Notes under the pieces: generated by a model
Database searches by the model: none
What the model was told of the DNA's origin: nothing
The model's input: the letters and a program-made list of their open reading frames with translations, nothing else
Shown here: positions 18,171 through 25,885 of the stretch, in pieces
How the letters are laid out: every line of letters starts with the position of its first letter
Numbering within the stretch: the stretch's first letter is position 1
From: a virus
Direction: 5' to 3' (one strand)
IMG/VR virus record: IMGVR_UViG_3300025894_000001
Length of the DNA: 36,240 nucleotides
Translations under genes and position numbers: made by a program

Positions 18171-19334
18171 CTAAGCTCTTCGAGCGGTAAGACTGACCAC
18201 GTTACTGACAGCAGCTTCAGTTCTGGTTCTGGTTTGTTCCATCTTATCCATCTCGACCCATTCGTAGTCCTCGGGAACGTCGAGATACCGGAGAGTGGTT
18301 TCAAGCTTTGAATGCCCGGCCCATTTCATTGCCAGATGGATGGCAACGCCGTTGTTGACGCAATCGCTGATGAAGGTGTGCCTCAGTCCGTGAAGCGTTC
18401 CGCTCGATTTGATTCCGGCTGCTGACTTATCCACTTTAAAGACTTTCGACCAACGATCCTCCCGCCAATCAGGTAAAAGACGATCACCGGGGAGGTTAAG
18501 GGTTAGGATCTCAAAATAGGCCGCTAGAGCGTCTGAATTGAGCGGTATCGAACGAGCTTTGCCGGTCTTGGTATCCATCCCTTCTTCGAGATCGTGATCC
18601 ACTAGCACCCTTCTTTTATGGTTAGAGCCGATTATGTCTTGCTTTCGAAGGTTGGAAAGCTCTTTGCGGCGAAGCCCGGTGTTAGCGATGAATTTCCAAA
18701 AAGCAGCGTGGGCGGGGTTTACTTTATAAAGCTTGTCTAACTCGGCGGCGGTGAAGATCTTGATCTTTTTCTTGACGGTCTTTGAATTGGATGCGATCAC
18801 CAGTTCGCCGACCGGTGAGGTCTGACAAAGATTCCATCGGTTGCCTTCCTTCTTGCCACCGGTACGAGCTGCCCGGTAAAGCGAGGCTTTGATGTCCTTC
18901 CATTCGTCTTTCACGGTTTCTGGTGAGACCACCTTTAGGCGGTCGACTTGCCAAGCGTTGAACGCGGTATTCCAAAGATCAATCGTCGCAACATCATCTG
19001 CAATGGTTAGATTGCCGAAGTAGGGAAGCGCCGTTTTGCAGTGCCGTGTAAAGTGTTCGTGACCGGCTGCGCTGTAAACTGTTGCGCGCCATGTCAGAAG
19101 CTGCGGGAGAAATTCAGAATAGGTCATCACACGTTTCGGTCGAGCTGCCGGCTCGATAACAGCAATGCCGGATTTGGCAAGCTGCTCTTTTGCTTCCCAC
19201 TCTTTGCAAACTTCTTCAGCTTGTTTCTTGGTCATGCGTGAAGCTGACCCCAAATATTTTACTCTAGGCAGAAGGTTGGTTTTGAGCCACCAGTACCCTT
19301 TGCCTTTACGCTCGTCAATATAAACACTTGCCAT
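18171..19334 (-). CDS. int: Tyrosine recombinase (phage integrase)
   Basis: The 387-aa product carries the C-terminal catalytic signature HGLRHTF..W.GH....T..YL and an upstream R in LRRKEL. It lies adjacent to attP. Confidence 0.9.
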   Translation of the reverse strand: MASVYIDERKGKGYWWLKTNLLPRVKYLGSASRMTKKQAEEVCKEWEAKEQLAKSGIAVIEPAARPKRVMTYSEFLPQLLTWRATVYSAAGHEHFTRHCKTALPYFGNLTIADDVATIDLWNTAFNAWQVDRLKVVSPETVKDEWKDIKASLYRAARTGGKKEGNRWNLCQTSPVGELVIASNSKTVKKKIKIFTAAELDKLYKVNPAHAAFWKFIANTGLRRKELSNLRKQDIIGSNHKRRVLVDHDLEEGMDTKTGKARSIPLNSDALAAYFEILTLNLPGDRLLPDWREDRWSKVFKVDKSAAGIKSSGTLHGLRHTFISDCVNNGVAIHLAMKWAGHSKLETTLRYLDVPEDYEWVEMDKMEQTRTRTEAAVSNVVSLTARRA

Positions 19335-19555
19335 TAACTTGCCTCCGGTAATTGTCTCTCAAGCATTCTGTAGGCCAATACAAGTTCCGTGTAATGTTCC
19401 CACCTATCTAGGTCATCAGCATCAGCGCCGACTCCTGAGTCTTTCAAGAATTCAAGGCTTCGCTCTTGCATCTTTATTGCGGATTCGAGAACCCACATTC
19501 CGGATTGAGCCGAATCAGCCTCAGTCACTCCCTGCTTTAATACTAAAGTTCTCAT
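19334..19555 (-). CDS. Small acidic hypothetical protein
   Basis: The junction GGAGGCAAGTTAATG precedes the start. Its stop overlaps the int start. Confidence 0.55.
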   Translation of the reverse strand: MRTLVLKQGVTEADSAQSGMWVLESAIKMQERSLEFLKDSGVGADADDLDRWEHYTELVLAYRMLERQLPEAS

Positions 19556-19740
19556 TAACTTGCCTCCATTGCTTCGAGCTTGAAAGACATTTCGAACATC
19601 CGGTCGACCGCGTCCCAAAGGATTAAGTGCAACTTATCGTTCGGGTTCTCCAAATAATTTTCGCGGTAGTCATCAATCGCTTCTTCGATCTCCGAAAGCG
19701 CCCGGAGATCAAGGTCTTTTTCGACGTTGCTTCTTTTCAT
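19555..19740 (-). CDS. Small acidic hypothetical protein
   Basis: The 61-aa product is coupled to both neighbours. Confidence 0.55.
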   Translation of the reverse strand: MKRSNVEKDLDLRALSEIEEAIDDYRENYLENPNDKLHLILWDAVDRMFEMSFKLEAMEAS

Positions 19741-20048
19741 TTTTTCTCCTCTTTTTTTAAGTTGATCGTGGTGGTTTCTAAGATGTCAATATCAATTAAG
19801 TGTCCGTCATTGTTGCCATAGTCTTCATAAAATCGGCGCTCTTTAACAATGTCGAGCTGTACCGCGTCATCTTCTGAATCTATCCAAGGGCTGCCGTCAT
19901 CTTCTTCAATAGCTTTTTCAATAAGTTTTATCTGCTTTTTGACATCGGATAATTTCTGACAAAAATCAAGGTCGATGATGTCGCCGTCTTTATTGATCCA
20001 TTCGAACTTCCATTCGGTCGCTTGCGTTTTTTTGTGTTTCATTGCCAT
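19737..20048 (-). CDS. Acidic hypothetical protein, probably translated from a leaderless mRNA
   Basis: The ATG at 20048 lies 6 nt after a TATTAT -10 element. The product is rich in D/E. Confidence 0.5.
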   Translation of the reverse strand: MAMKHKKTQATEWKFEWINKDGDIIDLDFCQKLSDVKKQIKLIEKAIEEDDGSPWIDSEDDAVQLDIVKERRFYEDYGNNDGHLIDIDILETTTINLKKEEKK

Positions 20049-20054
20049 ATCTGC

Positions 20055-20084
20055 ATAATAGGGCATTGCCCTAGTTACCGTCAA
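20055..20084 (-). promoter_or_regulatory. Leftward promoter with an embedded palindromic operator
   Basis: On the minus strand it reads TTGACG, an 18-nt spacer, then TATTAT. The spacer and -10 contain TAGGGCA-A-TGCCCTA (20059..20073). Confidence 0.6.
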
Positions 20085-20113
20085 CTATTAATTGATAGTG
20101 GTCTGACCAAAAT

Positions 20114-20344
20114 TTAGATTTGTTTTTCTCCGAGCTTTATCTTGAGCAGCTCGAGATAGCCGGGTGGCATGGTGCGGTGGGATGAGACATCGGGCGACTT
20201 GCGCCACGACTCCACGGTGCCGCGCTCGACGAGACACAGCTCGGCGATGGCCTGAGTAGTCAGGCCATGCTTCTTGATTAGACGCATCAGCGTCGAGCGA
20301 GATTTCGCGGTCATAGGCCGCAGTGTAACTTTGGACGCTGTCAT
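20114..20344 (-). CDS. HTH DNA-binding protein
   Basis: The 76-aa product contains LTTQAIAELCLVERGTVESW, a helix-turn-helix pattern. Confidence 0.6.
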   Translation of the reverse strand: MTASKVTLRPMTAKSRSTLMRLIKKHGLTTQAIAELCLVERGTVESWRKSPDVSSHRTMPPGYLELLKIKLGEKQI

Positions 20345-20347
20345 TTT

Positions 20348-20596
20348 TCAATTCACCCATTTCCAACCCGGAGCCGGGGCAAGTCCATCAAGCTCGGTCG
20401 TATCCGAAATTGTGATCTTTTTGTAGTCAGAGAGTCGAACGTCACCGAGTTCGGTTTCGTATCCGTACACCACCGCTTCAGCAAGATCCGGATCGTTATG
20501 ATCGTAATCCGTAACGTAGACCTCCCAGAAATTTTTGAGGATGATGTGTCGCACCACGTTCACGGTGCCAATTCCATTTTCACTTTCCATTTTCAT
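20348..20596 (-). CDS. Hypothetical protein
   Basis: A GAGG site lies 8 nt upstream of the ATG. The product is 82 aa. Confidence 0.6.
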   Translation of the reverse strand: MKMESENGIGTVNVVRHIILKNFWEVYVTDYDHNDPDLAEAVVYGYETELGDVRLSDYKKITISDTTELDGLAPAPGWKWVN

Positions 20597-21100
20597 TTAA
20601 GCTGCCTCGTTGGTTTCAATTTTCATCTTTTCTGCAATGCCGTCTTCGGCGAACTCTTTAGGGCGATGTTTATTTTCGGCCCTGATGATTGAGTTCATTT
20701 CTTCAATCGCATCGTTGACCGACCCGGCAAACTGTTCAGGACTTTGAAGATCGAGGTTAGTAAGGTTCGTCCAATCCTTTCGAAGCCCGGCGACTCGCGA
20801 CCGGTTACGGTCGTTCCATCGAATGTTTACTTCAAGAACTTTGTTGTCACCGGTGAAACTACTGCCAAGATGAATTTCATAAAGGTATTCGATGTCGCCG
20901 TGAATCCCACTGGTGATCTCGTAGTTTTCATCACTCGCGAAACTAACAAGAAGTTCATTCTTTGTTATCATATTTAGCTGCGCGTCGATAAGTTTTTGAG
21001 CAATGTCTTTGCCGGTCTCGGCAAGATAGCCGTCCCAATGACGGTAGAAAATTACCCGGGTTTTGCCATCTAGAATTACGATGTTTGATCTAGTACTCAT
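20597..21100 (-). CDS. Hypothetical protein
   Basis: A GAGGAA RBS precedes the start. The 167-aa product is the first gene downstream of the promoter at 21136..21171. Confidence 0.65.
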   Translation of the reverse strand: MSTRSNIVILDGKTRVIFYRHWDGYLAETGKDIAQKLIDAQLNMITKNELLVSFASDENYEITSGIHGDIEYLYEIHLGSSFTGDNKVLEVNIRWNDRNRSRVAGLRKDWTNLTNLDLQSPEQFAGSVNDAIEEMNSIIRAENKHRPKEFAEDGIAEKMKIETNEAA

Positions 21101-21135
21101 TCTGTTCCTCGGTTGTTGTTTACTGCCATGACTGC

Positions 21136-21171
21136 AGTATGGGGCTTTGCCCTACATAGGTCAATGCCCTA
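21136..21171 (-). promoter_or_regulatory. Leftward promoter with two operator copies
   Basis: On the minus strand it reads TTGACC, a 17-nt spacer, then CATACT. Operator TAGGGCATTGACCTA (21157..21171) overlaps the -35. The degenerate copy TAGGGCAAAGCCCCA (21140..21154) lies in the spacer. Confidence 0.55.
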
Positions 21172-21189
21172 TCACAACTGGTCAGACCA

Positions 21190-21363
21190 TCAAGCAGAAA
21201 GGTGCTTTTCTATAGCGGAAACTAGGTCTGTTTTGCGGTACAGCTTTTTCCCCATGAAAGGGAAAGTCGGGATGCCAAGCTTTCGGCGGTTCCTGATGAA
21301 GTGCGTGTAAGACATCCGGCAATACTCCGCAGCTTCTTTGCCGGTCAGGTAGTCATTACTCAT
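21190..21363 (-). CDS. Small HTH protein (excisionase/MerR-like)
   Basis: The 57-aa product contains YLTGKEAAEYCRMSYTHFIRN..IPTFPF. The start forms an ATGA overlap with the upstream gene. Confidence 0.5.
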   Translation of the reverse strand: MSNDYLTGKEAAEYCRMSYTHFIRNRRKLGIPTFPFMGKKLYRKTDLVSAIEKHLSA

Positions 21364-21629
21364 ACAACATAAACCGGCGTCACAAAGCGATTGGTTACCC
21401 GGCACTTGCGCTTCTGAGCTTCTTTAACCTTGCCGGATTTTTTCAATCCATTCACGCGACCTGACACTGCGTTGATTTCAAGACCGGTCAAACGGCTGAT
21501 CTCTTTAAGGGTCATGTCTTCAGTGAACATCGACTCGCCGAGACACGCGAGGATTTGATCTTCTTGTTTGAGCGTAACGCCGGCTTGTTTGATTTGGCGG
21601 TACACCACGGTGCTTGTATTTCTTGGCAT
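21360..21629 (-). CDS. Winged-helix DNA-binding protein
   Basis: An AGGAG RBS precedes the start. The product contains MTLKEISRLTGLEINAVSGRVNGLKKSGKV. Confidence 0.55.
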   Translation of the reverse strand: MPRNTSTVVYRQIKQAGVTLKQEDQILACLGESMFTEDMTLKEISRLTGLEINAVSGRVNGLKKSGKVKEAQKRKCRVTNRFVTPVYVV

Positions 21630-21639
21630 GGTTGATCTC

Positions 21640-22797
21640 CTAAAATGGGATGTCATCGTCAAAGGGAACGCCGTTGTCAGGCGGCTTGACCTCGAGGATC
21701 TCTGCGCCGGGCGTGAACGCTGCCATAGCTGTCAGGTAGTGCGTATCGTTGACGAGCTTGTCAGGGTCGAGCCACTGCAAGTCTTTTGAAGTAAAGTCGC
21801 GATCGCTCCAGTTGTTTAATTCGCAATTGGTAAAGGTTTGATCACCACCATCGAACTGATAGGTGATTCGGTTTCTTTCCTTGTCCATCTCTTTCACGGT
21901 CGCCCACGGAATCAGGTCAGGCTTGAACAAATGTTTCGGGCAACCTTTCTTCTGGTCCTTCATGCTGATCTTTTTGTTGTGGAACTCGCAGCGCCAAACA
22001 CCGAAGTCTTTTGTTTCCATTGTGTCGGGGTCGACCACTGGTGTTGAGTGCGCGCACGTTCGACAGTTTGCTTTGGCTGTTTTCTTCTCATGGCAAAGCT
22101 CGCTAAACTGACACCACTTACACTGAAAAAATTCGGGGTCTTCCGAAAGGCGGGGCGGCAGCTCGTTAGCTTTCAACAGCCTTGATGCTTTCTCGAACGC
22201 CTCGAGGAAATCTTTCTTGTTGAAGTTGGTGCGAACACTGATCATGTCTCGACCGCCGGCAGTGCAGCAGACTAGGTAATGCCGTTTGAGTTTGGTCAAT
22301 CCCATGTAGAGCTGCGCTTGGGTGTAATAAACCTTTGACCATTCTTTCAGTGCTTCTTTCTCGCCATGCTTCACGAGCAGCCGCTCGAGCTTACGCATCC
22401 GCGCATCGCCCACGCATTTGACCTCATAAACGTGCCAAGTCTTTGGCGCTTCCAGAAGTCCCAAAACAAGTCCGTCGAGGTGACCGCGCAGATGCCCGGA
22501 CAAACTCGCCACGCCCCATTGCCGTCCGTCTGGCCCGAAGGGGCGAAGGTCGACACCGGGTGTTGCTTTGAATCGTTTGTTAGTGAGATCCTCGGTTCGG
22601 TGTCCGTCATCAAACTTCATCAAGGTCGATGCCGGGTGAATCTCTTGGGACGCCCACCAAAATTGATATTGGAGCTGTCGCTCGCAACTAGATCCAAGAC
22701 CGCTACATTGAACATATCCACGCAGCTCGGTGTGATGATCTTTTTGCATCTGATCCATCACCGCCGCGATTGTCGGGTACTCGTTGACTAATGCCAT
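21640..22797 (-). CDS. Cas4/RecB-like PD-(D/E)XK exonuclease with an extra Cys/His-rich C-terminal extension and an SSB-type DDDIPF tail
   Basis: The nuclease motifs are HLDG..YEVK and QAQLY. An N-terminal Cys plus CKWCQFSELC gives C-x2-C-x5-C. A second cluster reads CRTC..C..H..C..H. The final residues FDDDIPF are encoded at 21643..21660. Confidence 0.75.
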   Translation of the reverse strand: MALVNEYPTIAAVMDQMQKDHHTELRGYVQCSGLGSSCERQLQYQFWWASQEIHPASTLMKFDDGHRTEDLTNKRFKATPGVDLRPFGPDGRQWGVASLSGHLRGHLDGLVLGLLEAPKTWHVYEVKCVGDARMRKLERLLVKHGEKEALKEWSKVYYTQAQLYMGLTKLKRHYLVCCTAGGRDMISVRTNFNKKDFLEAFEKASRLLKANELPPRLSEDPEFFQCKWCQFSELCHEKKTAKANCRTCAHSTPVVDPDTMETKDFGVWRCEFHNKKISMKDQKKGCPKHLFKPDLIPWATVKEMDKERNRITYQFDGGDQTFTNCELNNWSDRDFTSKDLQWLDPDKLVNDTHYLTAMAAFTPGAEILEVKPPDNGVPFDDDIPF

Positions 22798-22812
22798 TTT
22801 CTCTCTCGGTGA

Positions 22813-22878
22813 AAACCCCGCAGCTCACAGACCAACCATGCCTTATTTTTCACCACAAAAAATTGAGCTGCGGGGTTT
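22813..22878. repeat. Perfect 15-bp inverted repeat with a 36-nt loop
   Basis: AAACCCCGCAGCTCA (22813..22827) pairs with TGAGCTGCGGGGTTT (22864..22878). The repeat lies in the intergenic gap upstream of the nuclease gene. Confidence 0.8.
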
Positions 22879-22880
22879 CA

Positions 22881-23132
22881 TTAATTTGTCGTGGTTGAGT
22901 TGTTGGTGTTGTCGCTGTTGTCAGATTCGTCGTGCGTCCCGCACTCGGTGCCGGAGCAAACGTCAGCGGTCGATCCACCAATCTCAACGCAGCCCAACAT
23001 CATGTGAAGGCAGACAATGATCAGGCAACCCCATCCAATAAATTGCATCCAGAACCACCGATACTTTGATTCCCACTGTTCACGAGTTAAGACGTTTCGA
23101 TTGCTTGCTTCTTTTGTTTTTGTTTCAGTCAT
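22881..23132 (-). CDS. Small membrane protein with a Cys-rich and Asn/Thr/Asp-rich tail
   Basis: The TM segment is WFWMQFIGWGCLIIVCLHMMLG. The ATG overlaps the previous gene by 8 nt. Confidence 0.5.
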   Translation of the reverse strand: MTETKTKEASNRNVLTREQWESKYRWFWMQFIGWGCLIIVCLHMMLGCVEIGGSTADVCSGTECGTHDESDNSDNTNNSTTTN

Positions 23133-23247
23133 GTTGAATTTTTCCGAGCGACACTGAGCCGACATACGTGTTGTCGCCAACAGTGAGTGAGTGATGCGTT
23201 GAACAGCCGGCGAGCAGAAACACAACGAGCAGTGCGATGTGCGCCAT
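23125..23247 (-). CDS. 40-aa lipoprotein
   Basis: A GGGAGG site lies 8 nt upstream of the start. The N-terminus MAHIALLVVFLLAGCS carries a canonical lipobox. Confidence 0.6.
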   Translation of the reverse strand: MAHIALLVVFLLAGCSTHHSLTVGDNTYVGSVSLGKIQHD

Positions 23248-23290
23248 GATGATTGCCTCCCATGTGAAAAGTTTTGAAAGTCGGCTCATC

Positions 23291-23545
23291 TCAGCGGGGC
23301 AAACTTTCCATTGTTTCTTGGACTTCGAGCCAGTAGGCTCTTTTTGAAATTGCTTCGAGTTCATCGCAATAATTCTGTAAAGTTTCGATTGAGAATCCGA
23401 GGCCGGACGAGAAGTCCGACCAAAGATCCGGCGAGGGCATCCGCTCCGCGTTTTCAATCGTGTTGTCGAGCAAGCTCGCGAGTTCTTCGCGAATATCTTT
23501 GAAGACCTTGTCGGCTTCAGCGCCGAGCTTTCGTTTTTCTGTCAT
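23291..23545 (-). CDS. Hypothetical protein
   Basis: The 84-aa product runs from the ATG at 23545. A GAGG site lies upstream. Confidence 0.5.
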   Translation of the reverse strand: MTEKRKLGAEADKVFKDIREELASLLDNTIENAERMPSPDLWSDFSSGLGFSIETLQNYCDELEAISKRAYWLEVQETMESLPR

Positions 23546-23630
23546 GCCAAGCCTCGGCGATCCCGCCAACGATGGTGAGGATTCCGGCGAACCCAATGAA
23601 GTACACGAGCAAAATAAAAGCGTTGTCCAT
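23517..23630 (-). CDS. 37-aa single-pass membrane peptide (not in the ORF track)
   Basis: The GGGAGGCGTAATG junction forms a TAATG overlap with the DUF669 gene stop. The product is MDNAFILLVYFIGFAGILTIVGGIAEAWHDRKTKARR. Confidence 0.5.
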   Translation of the reverse strand: MDNAFILLVYFIGFAGILTIVGGIAEAWHDRKTKARR

Positions 23631-24091
23631 TACGCCTCCCACGGATATGGGCCTTGCGCCTGACCAGTTGCGGCGCCGTTCGCAGCTGCCGTTGGTGGTG
23701 GTGTCGACGCTCGCTCTTTCGCCATGTACCGTTTGACTTCCTTTCGGAGCTTCTTGGAGTCATCGCCGGTTTTGATCATCAGCTCATGCCCGATCAGATC
23801 GCCCGGCTCTTGAAGTCCTTGAAGGCCAACCGCGCGCGCAATGTCACTGGCGGTTCGCATCGCGATTTCTTGAACGGTCTCGCTTGGGTGCCGAAAGTTG
23901 AGGTTGCTCCAGATCTTGCGACCGGCGAGTGCGTCAGTCAGCGTAAACTCGACCGACACATATTCGTGTCCCGCTTGCGATGTTCGCCATTCCGAGCCTG
24001 AGATTTCGGCGGCGTAGGTGCCGTCAGGGATGTCGCCAAACTCGGTGTTTTCGTTTTCGGGCAGCAGTTCTGCCAATCCAATTGAACCCAT
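23630..24091 (-). CDS. DUF669-like protein (ssDNA-binding-like recombination accessory)
   Basis: The N-terminus reads GDIPDGTYAAEI..EYVSVEFTL. It lies next to a Sak4-type ATPase. The start at 24091 has an AGGA RBS. Confidence 0.6.
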   Translation of the reverse strand: MGSIGLAELLPENENTEFGDIPDGTYAAEISGSEWRTSQAGHEYVSVEFTLTDALAGRKIWSNLNFRHPSETVQEIAMRTASDIARAVGLQGLQEPGDLIGHELMIKTGDDSKKLRKEVKRYMAKERASTPPPTAAANGAATGQAQGPYPWEA

Positions 24092-24107
24092 TTTTATTTT
24101 TCCTTTG

Positions 24108-24815
24108 TTAAGCCGCTTTCTTCGCGGCGGTTTTGGTGACATTGCCTTTCACTTTGTCGGCAATGTGTTTGAGGGAGGGCTTCTCGAATGGATCGAGCTT
24201 GCCGCTGCGGTCTTTCGCGAGCCACTGACCGTCTTGCGACGATTGCAGCCAACGCTCGTGGACGCCTTCCTGATTCGGTATCACTCGAAGCGCAAGAACC
24301 AGATCAACGTAGTAGGGGAGTTGTGCAGATACCTGACGCCCCGGTGCGCCGGGGGTGTAGAGCATGGCGCCGGTCGAGTCATCTTTTTCGCGGTCGAGCT
24401 TTGCCGTGAACACGACATTGGTGGGAAGGTCACGAAAGGCTTTGATCAGTGCGATGGATTTGTTCGCCATCTCACCGTATGCCTTGCGCGGGTCTTTTGT
24501 GCCTTTAAGCTCGCTCTCGAGAATCCGCTCGCAAATCTCACTGATCGAATCCAGAGCGATCCAGTTGAACTCGCGGGGGTTTGCTTTAAGGTGTGCAAAG
24601 ACTTCGGTGATGCCTTCGAGTGAGGACACCTCAATCACGCTGACGTTTGTTGCGTCTTTGATCGACAGCAGCCCGGCTTCAGCTGAGATCAGCAGGGTCG
24701 GTTCGCCGGTGGTGCAAGTCAAACAAGTCTTGCCGGCCCCGGGGTATCCGTAGACGGTGGCTTTGATGCCTCGGTCTTTTGCAACTTCGGCGGGTGTTTT
24801 AAAATCTATCGCCAT
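24108..24815 (-). CDS. Sak4-type (AAA_24) RecA-like ATPase
   Basis: The Walker A motif is YGYPGAGKT. Overall length and the later WIALDS motif fit phage Sak4-like proteins. Confidence 0.75.
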   Translation of the reverse strand: MAIDFKTPAEVAKDRGIKATVYGYPGAGKTCLTCTTGEPTLLISAEAGLLSIKDATNVSVIEVSSLEGITEVFAHLKANPREFNWIALDSISEICERILESELKGTKDPRKAYGEMANKSIALIKAFRDLPTNVVFTAKLDREKDDSTGAMLYTPGAPGRQVSAQLPYYVDLVLALRVIPNQEGVHERWLQSSQDGQWLAKDRSGKLDPFEKPSLKHIADKVKGNVTKTAAKKAA

Positions 24816-24830
24816 TTCATTTCTCGGTTG

Positions 24831-24857
24831 TTTATAGGTTAGCCTATTCTAGTGCAA
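24831..24857 (-). promoter_or_regulatory. Putative early-left promoter with an ATAGG-N4-CCTAT operator
   Basis: On the minus strand it reads TTGCAC, 15 nt, then TATAAA, which is a short spacer. Operator ATAGGCTAACCTAT (24834..24847) lies between them. A related site, TAGGCAAACCTT, lies at 24869..24880. Confidence 0.4.
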
Positions 24858-24893
24858 CCTATGAAAAATAGGCAAACCTTCTTTAATAGGCAC

Positions 24894-24916
24894 AAAAAAC
24901 CGGCCCAAAGGCCGGT
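24894..24916 (-). terminator. Terminator after the repressor gene
   Basis: The stem is ACCGGCC/GGCCGGT with a 4-nt loop, followed by a T-run on the minus strand. Confidence 0.75.
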
Positions 24917-24939
24917 TTCTAATAGGTCAGGCTAGGGCG

Positions 24940-25293
24940 TCAGCTGCCGTTTCCGACCTTATCAAGCTCGGCAACCAAGCGCCTTGCATCCTCATTTGTG
25001 TTGCGGAAAGTGTCGATCAGGTCTTGTACTTCGATCCGTTGGGCGGGGGTCAGTCCCGACAATTGATCGGTGTCACTTGAGGTGCGTTGCACACCCTCGA
25101 ACAACCAAGACTCGGTCGTTTCCAAAACTTCTGCGAGCTTCTTTGAGTTTTCCCTCGAGATCGATTTGATCTCACCGGACTCCCAATGCTGCGCGGTGGG
25201 TTGTGACACGCCACAACGTTTTGCAAGCTCTGTTTTTGTCAGACCCAAAGCAAGTCGTTTTTCTTTGAGCCGCTCATGCCAAGTGGCGCTCAT
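24940..25293 (-). CDS. Short XRE/cI-like repressor without a peptidase domain
   Basis: The HTH reads LGLTKTELAKRCGVSQPTAQHWESG. The product is 117 aa if it starts at the ATG at 25293. Alternative starts at 25332 and 25368 are possible. Confidence 0.75.
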   Translation of the reverse strand: MSATWHERLKEKRLALGLTKTELAKRCGVSQPTAQHWESGEIKSISRENSKKLAEVLETTESWLFEGVQRTSSDTDQLSGLTPAQRIEVQDLIDTFRNTNEDARRLVAELDKVGNGS

Positions 25294-25407
25294 GTCGCAC
25301 CCCCGGTCATGCAGCTGTATAACTTGTCCCATCTTCTTGTACTCGATTTTGTGTTCATTTTTTCTCACGGTTTTTTTATAGCCGGAATTCCGAAACGGCT
25401 TTGTTGT

Positions 25408-25884
25408 TTACCCTGACTGCGAAAGCGTCCACCAATGTGGCGCGCCAAATCGGTCAAAAGTTTCATCAGAATATTCGTGCTGTTGCACGAGCATCTTAAG
25501 TTCGAGTGCCGCAAGCGGCGTCCATCCTTTCAATGCGCGAAGTTGCCAACAGCGTGACCATTGCAAATTAAAAAGTTGTGCGCGGTTTGTTTCTACTTGA
25601 AGTGCCGGTTGTGATTTTTCTAAACCAAAGAAAATTTCTTTCTGTTCGCGCTCGGTACGATGTCCAGCCCATCCGCTTTCAATATCCTCAGTCGTTGCGC
25701 GACCGACGGCGGTGGTGTTGCCTTTGGAACATCCAAGCGGAGCGGAGGGAGGGCAATGGATGTGGTGCCAAAATTCGGGCGGGAAAACCCCGCGTTTTTT
25801 GACGTGCCAATTTTTTTTGCTGATTGAAAGACCGGAAATTGTGAGGTAAATATTTTTCAGCGGTTTTTTGGTTAATTTATTCAT
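25408..25884 (-). CDS. Unknown 158-aa protein encoded between cro and the repressor gene
   Basis: The ORF is on the repressor strand, upstream of it. I recognised no family. It has a His/Cys patch, WHHIHCPPSAPLGC. An alternative ATG lies at 25926. Confidence 0.55.
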   Translation of the reverse strand: MNKLTKKPLKNIYLTISGLSISKKNWHVKKRGVFPPEFWHHIHCPPSAPLGCSKGNTTAVGRATTEDIESGWAGHRTEREQKEIFFGLEKSQPALQVETNRAQLFNLQWSRCWQLRALKGWTPLAALELKMLVQQHEYSDETFDRFGAPHWWTLSQSG

Positions 25885-25885
25885 G

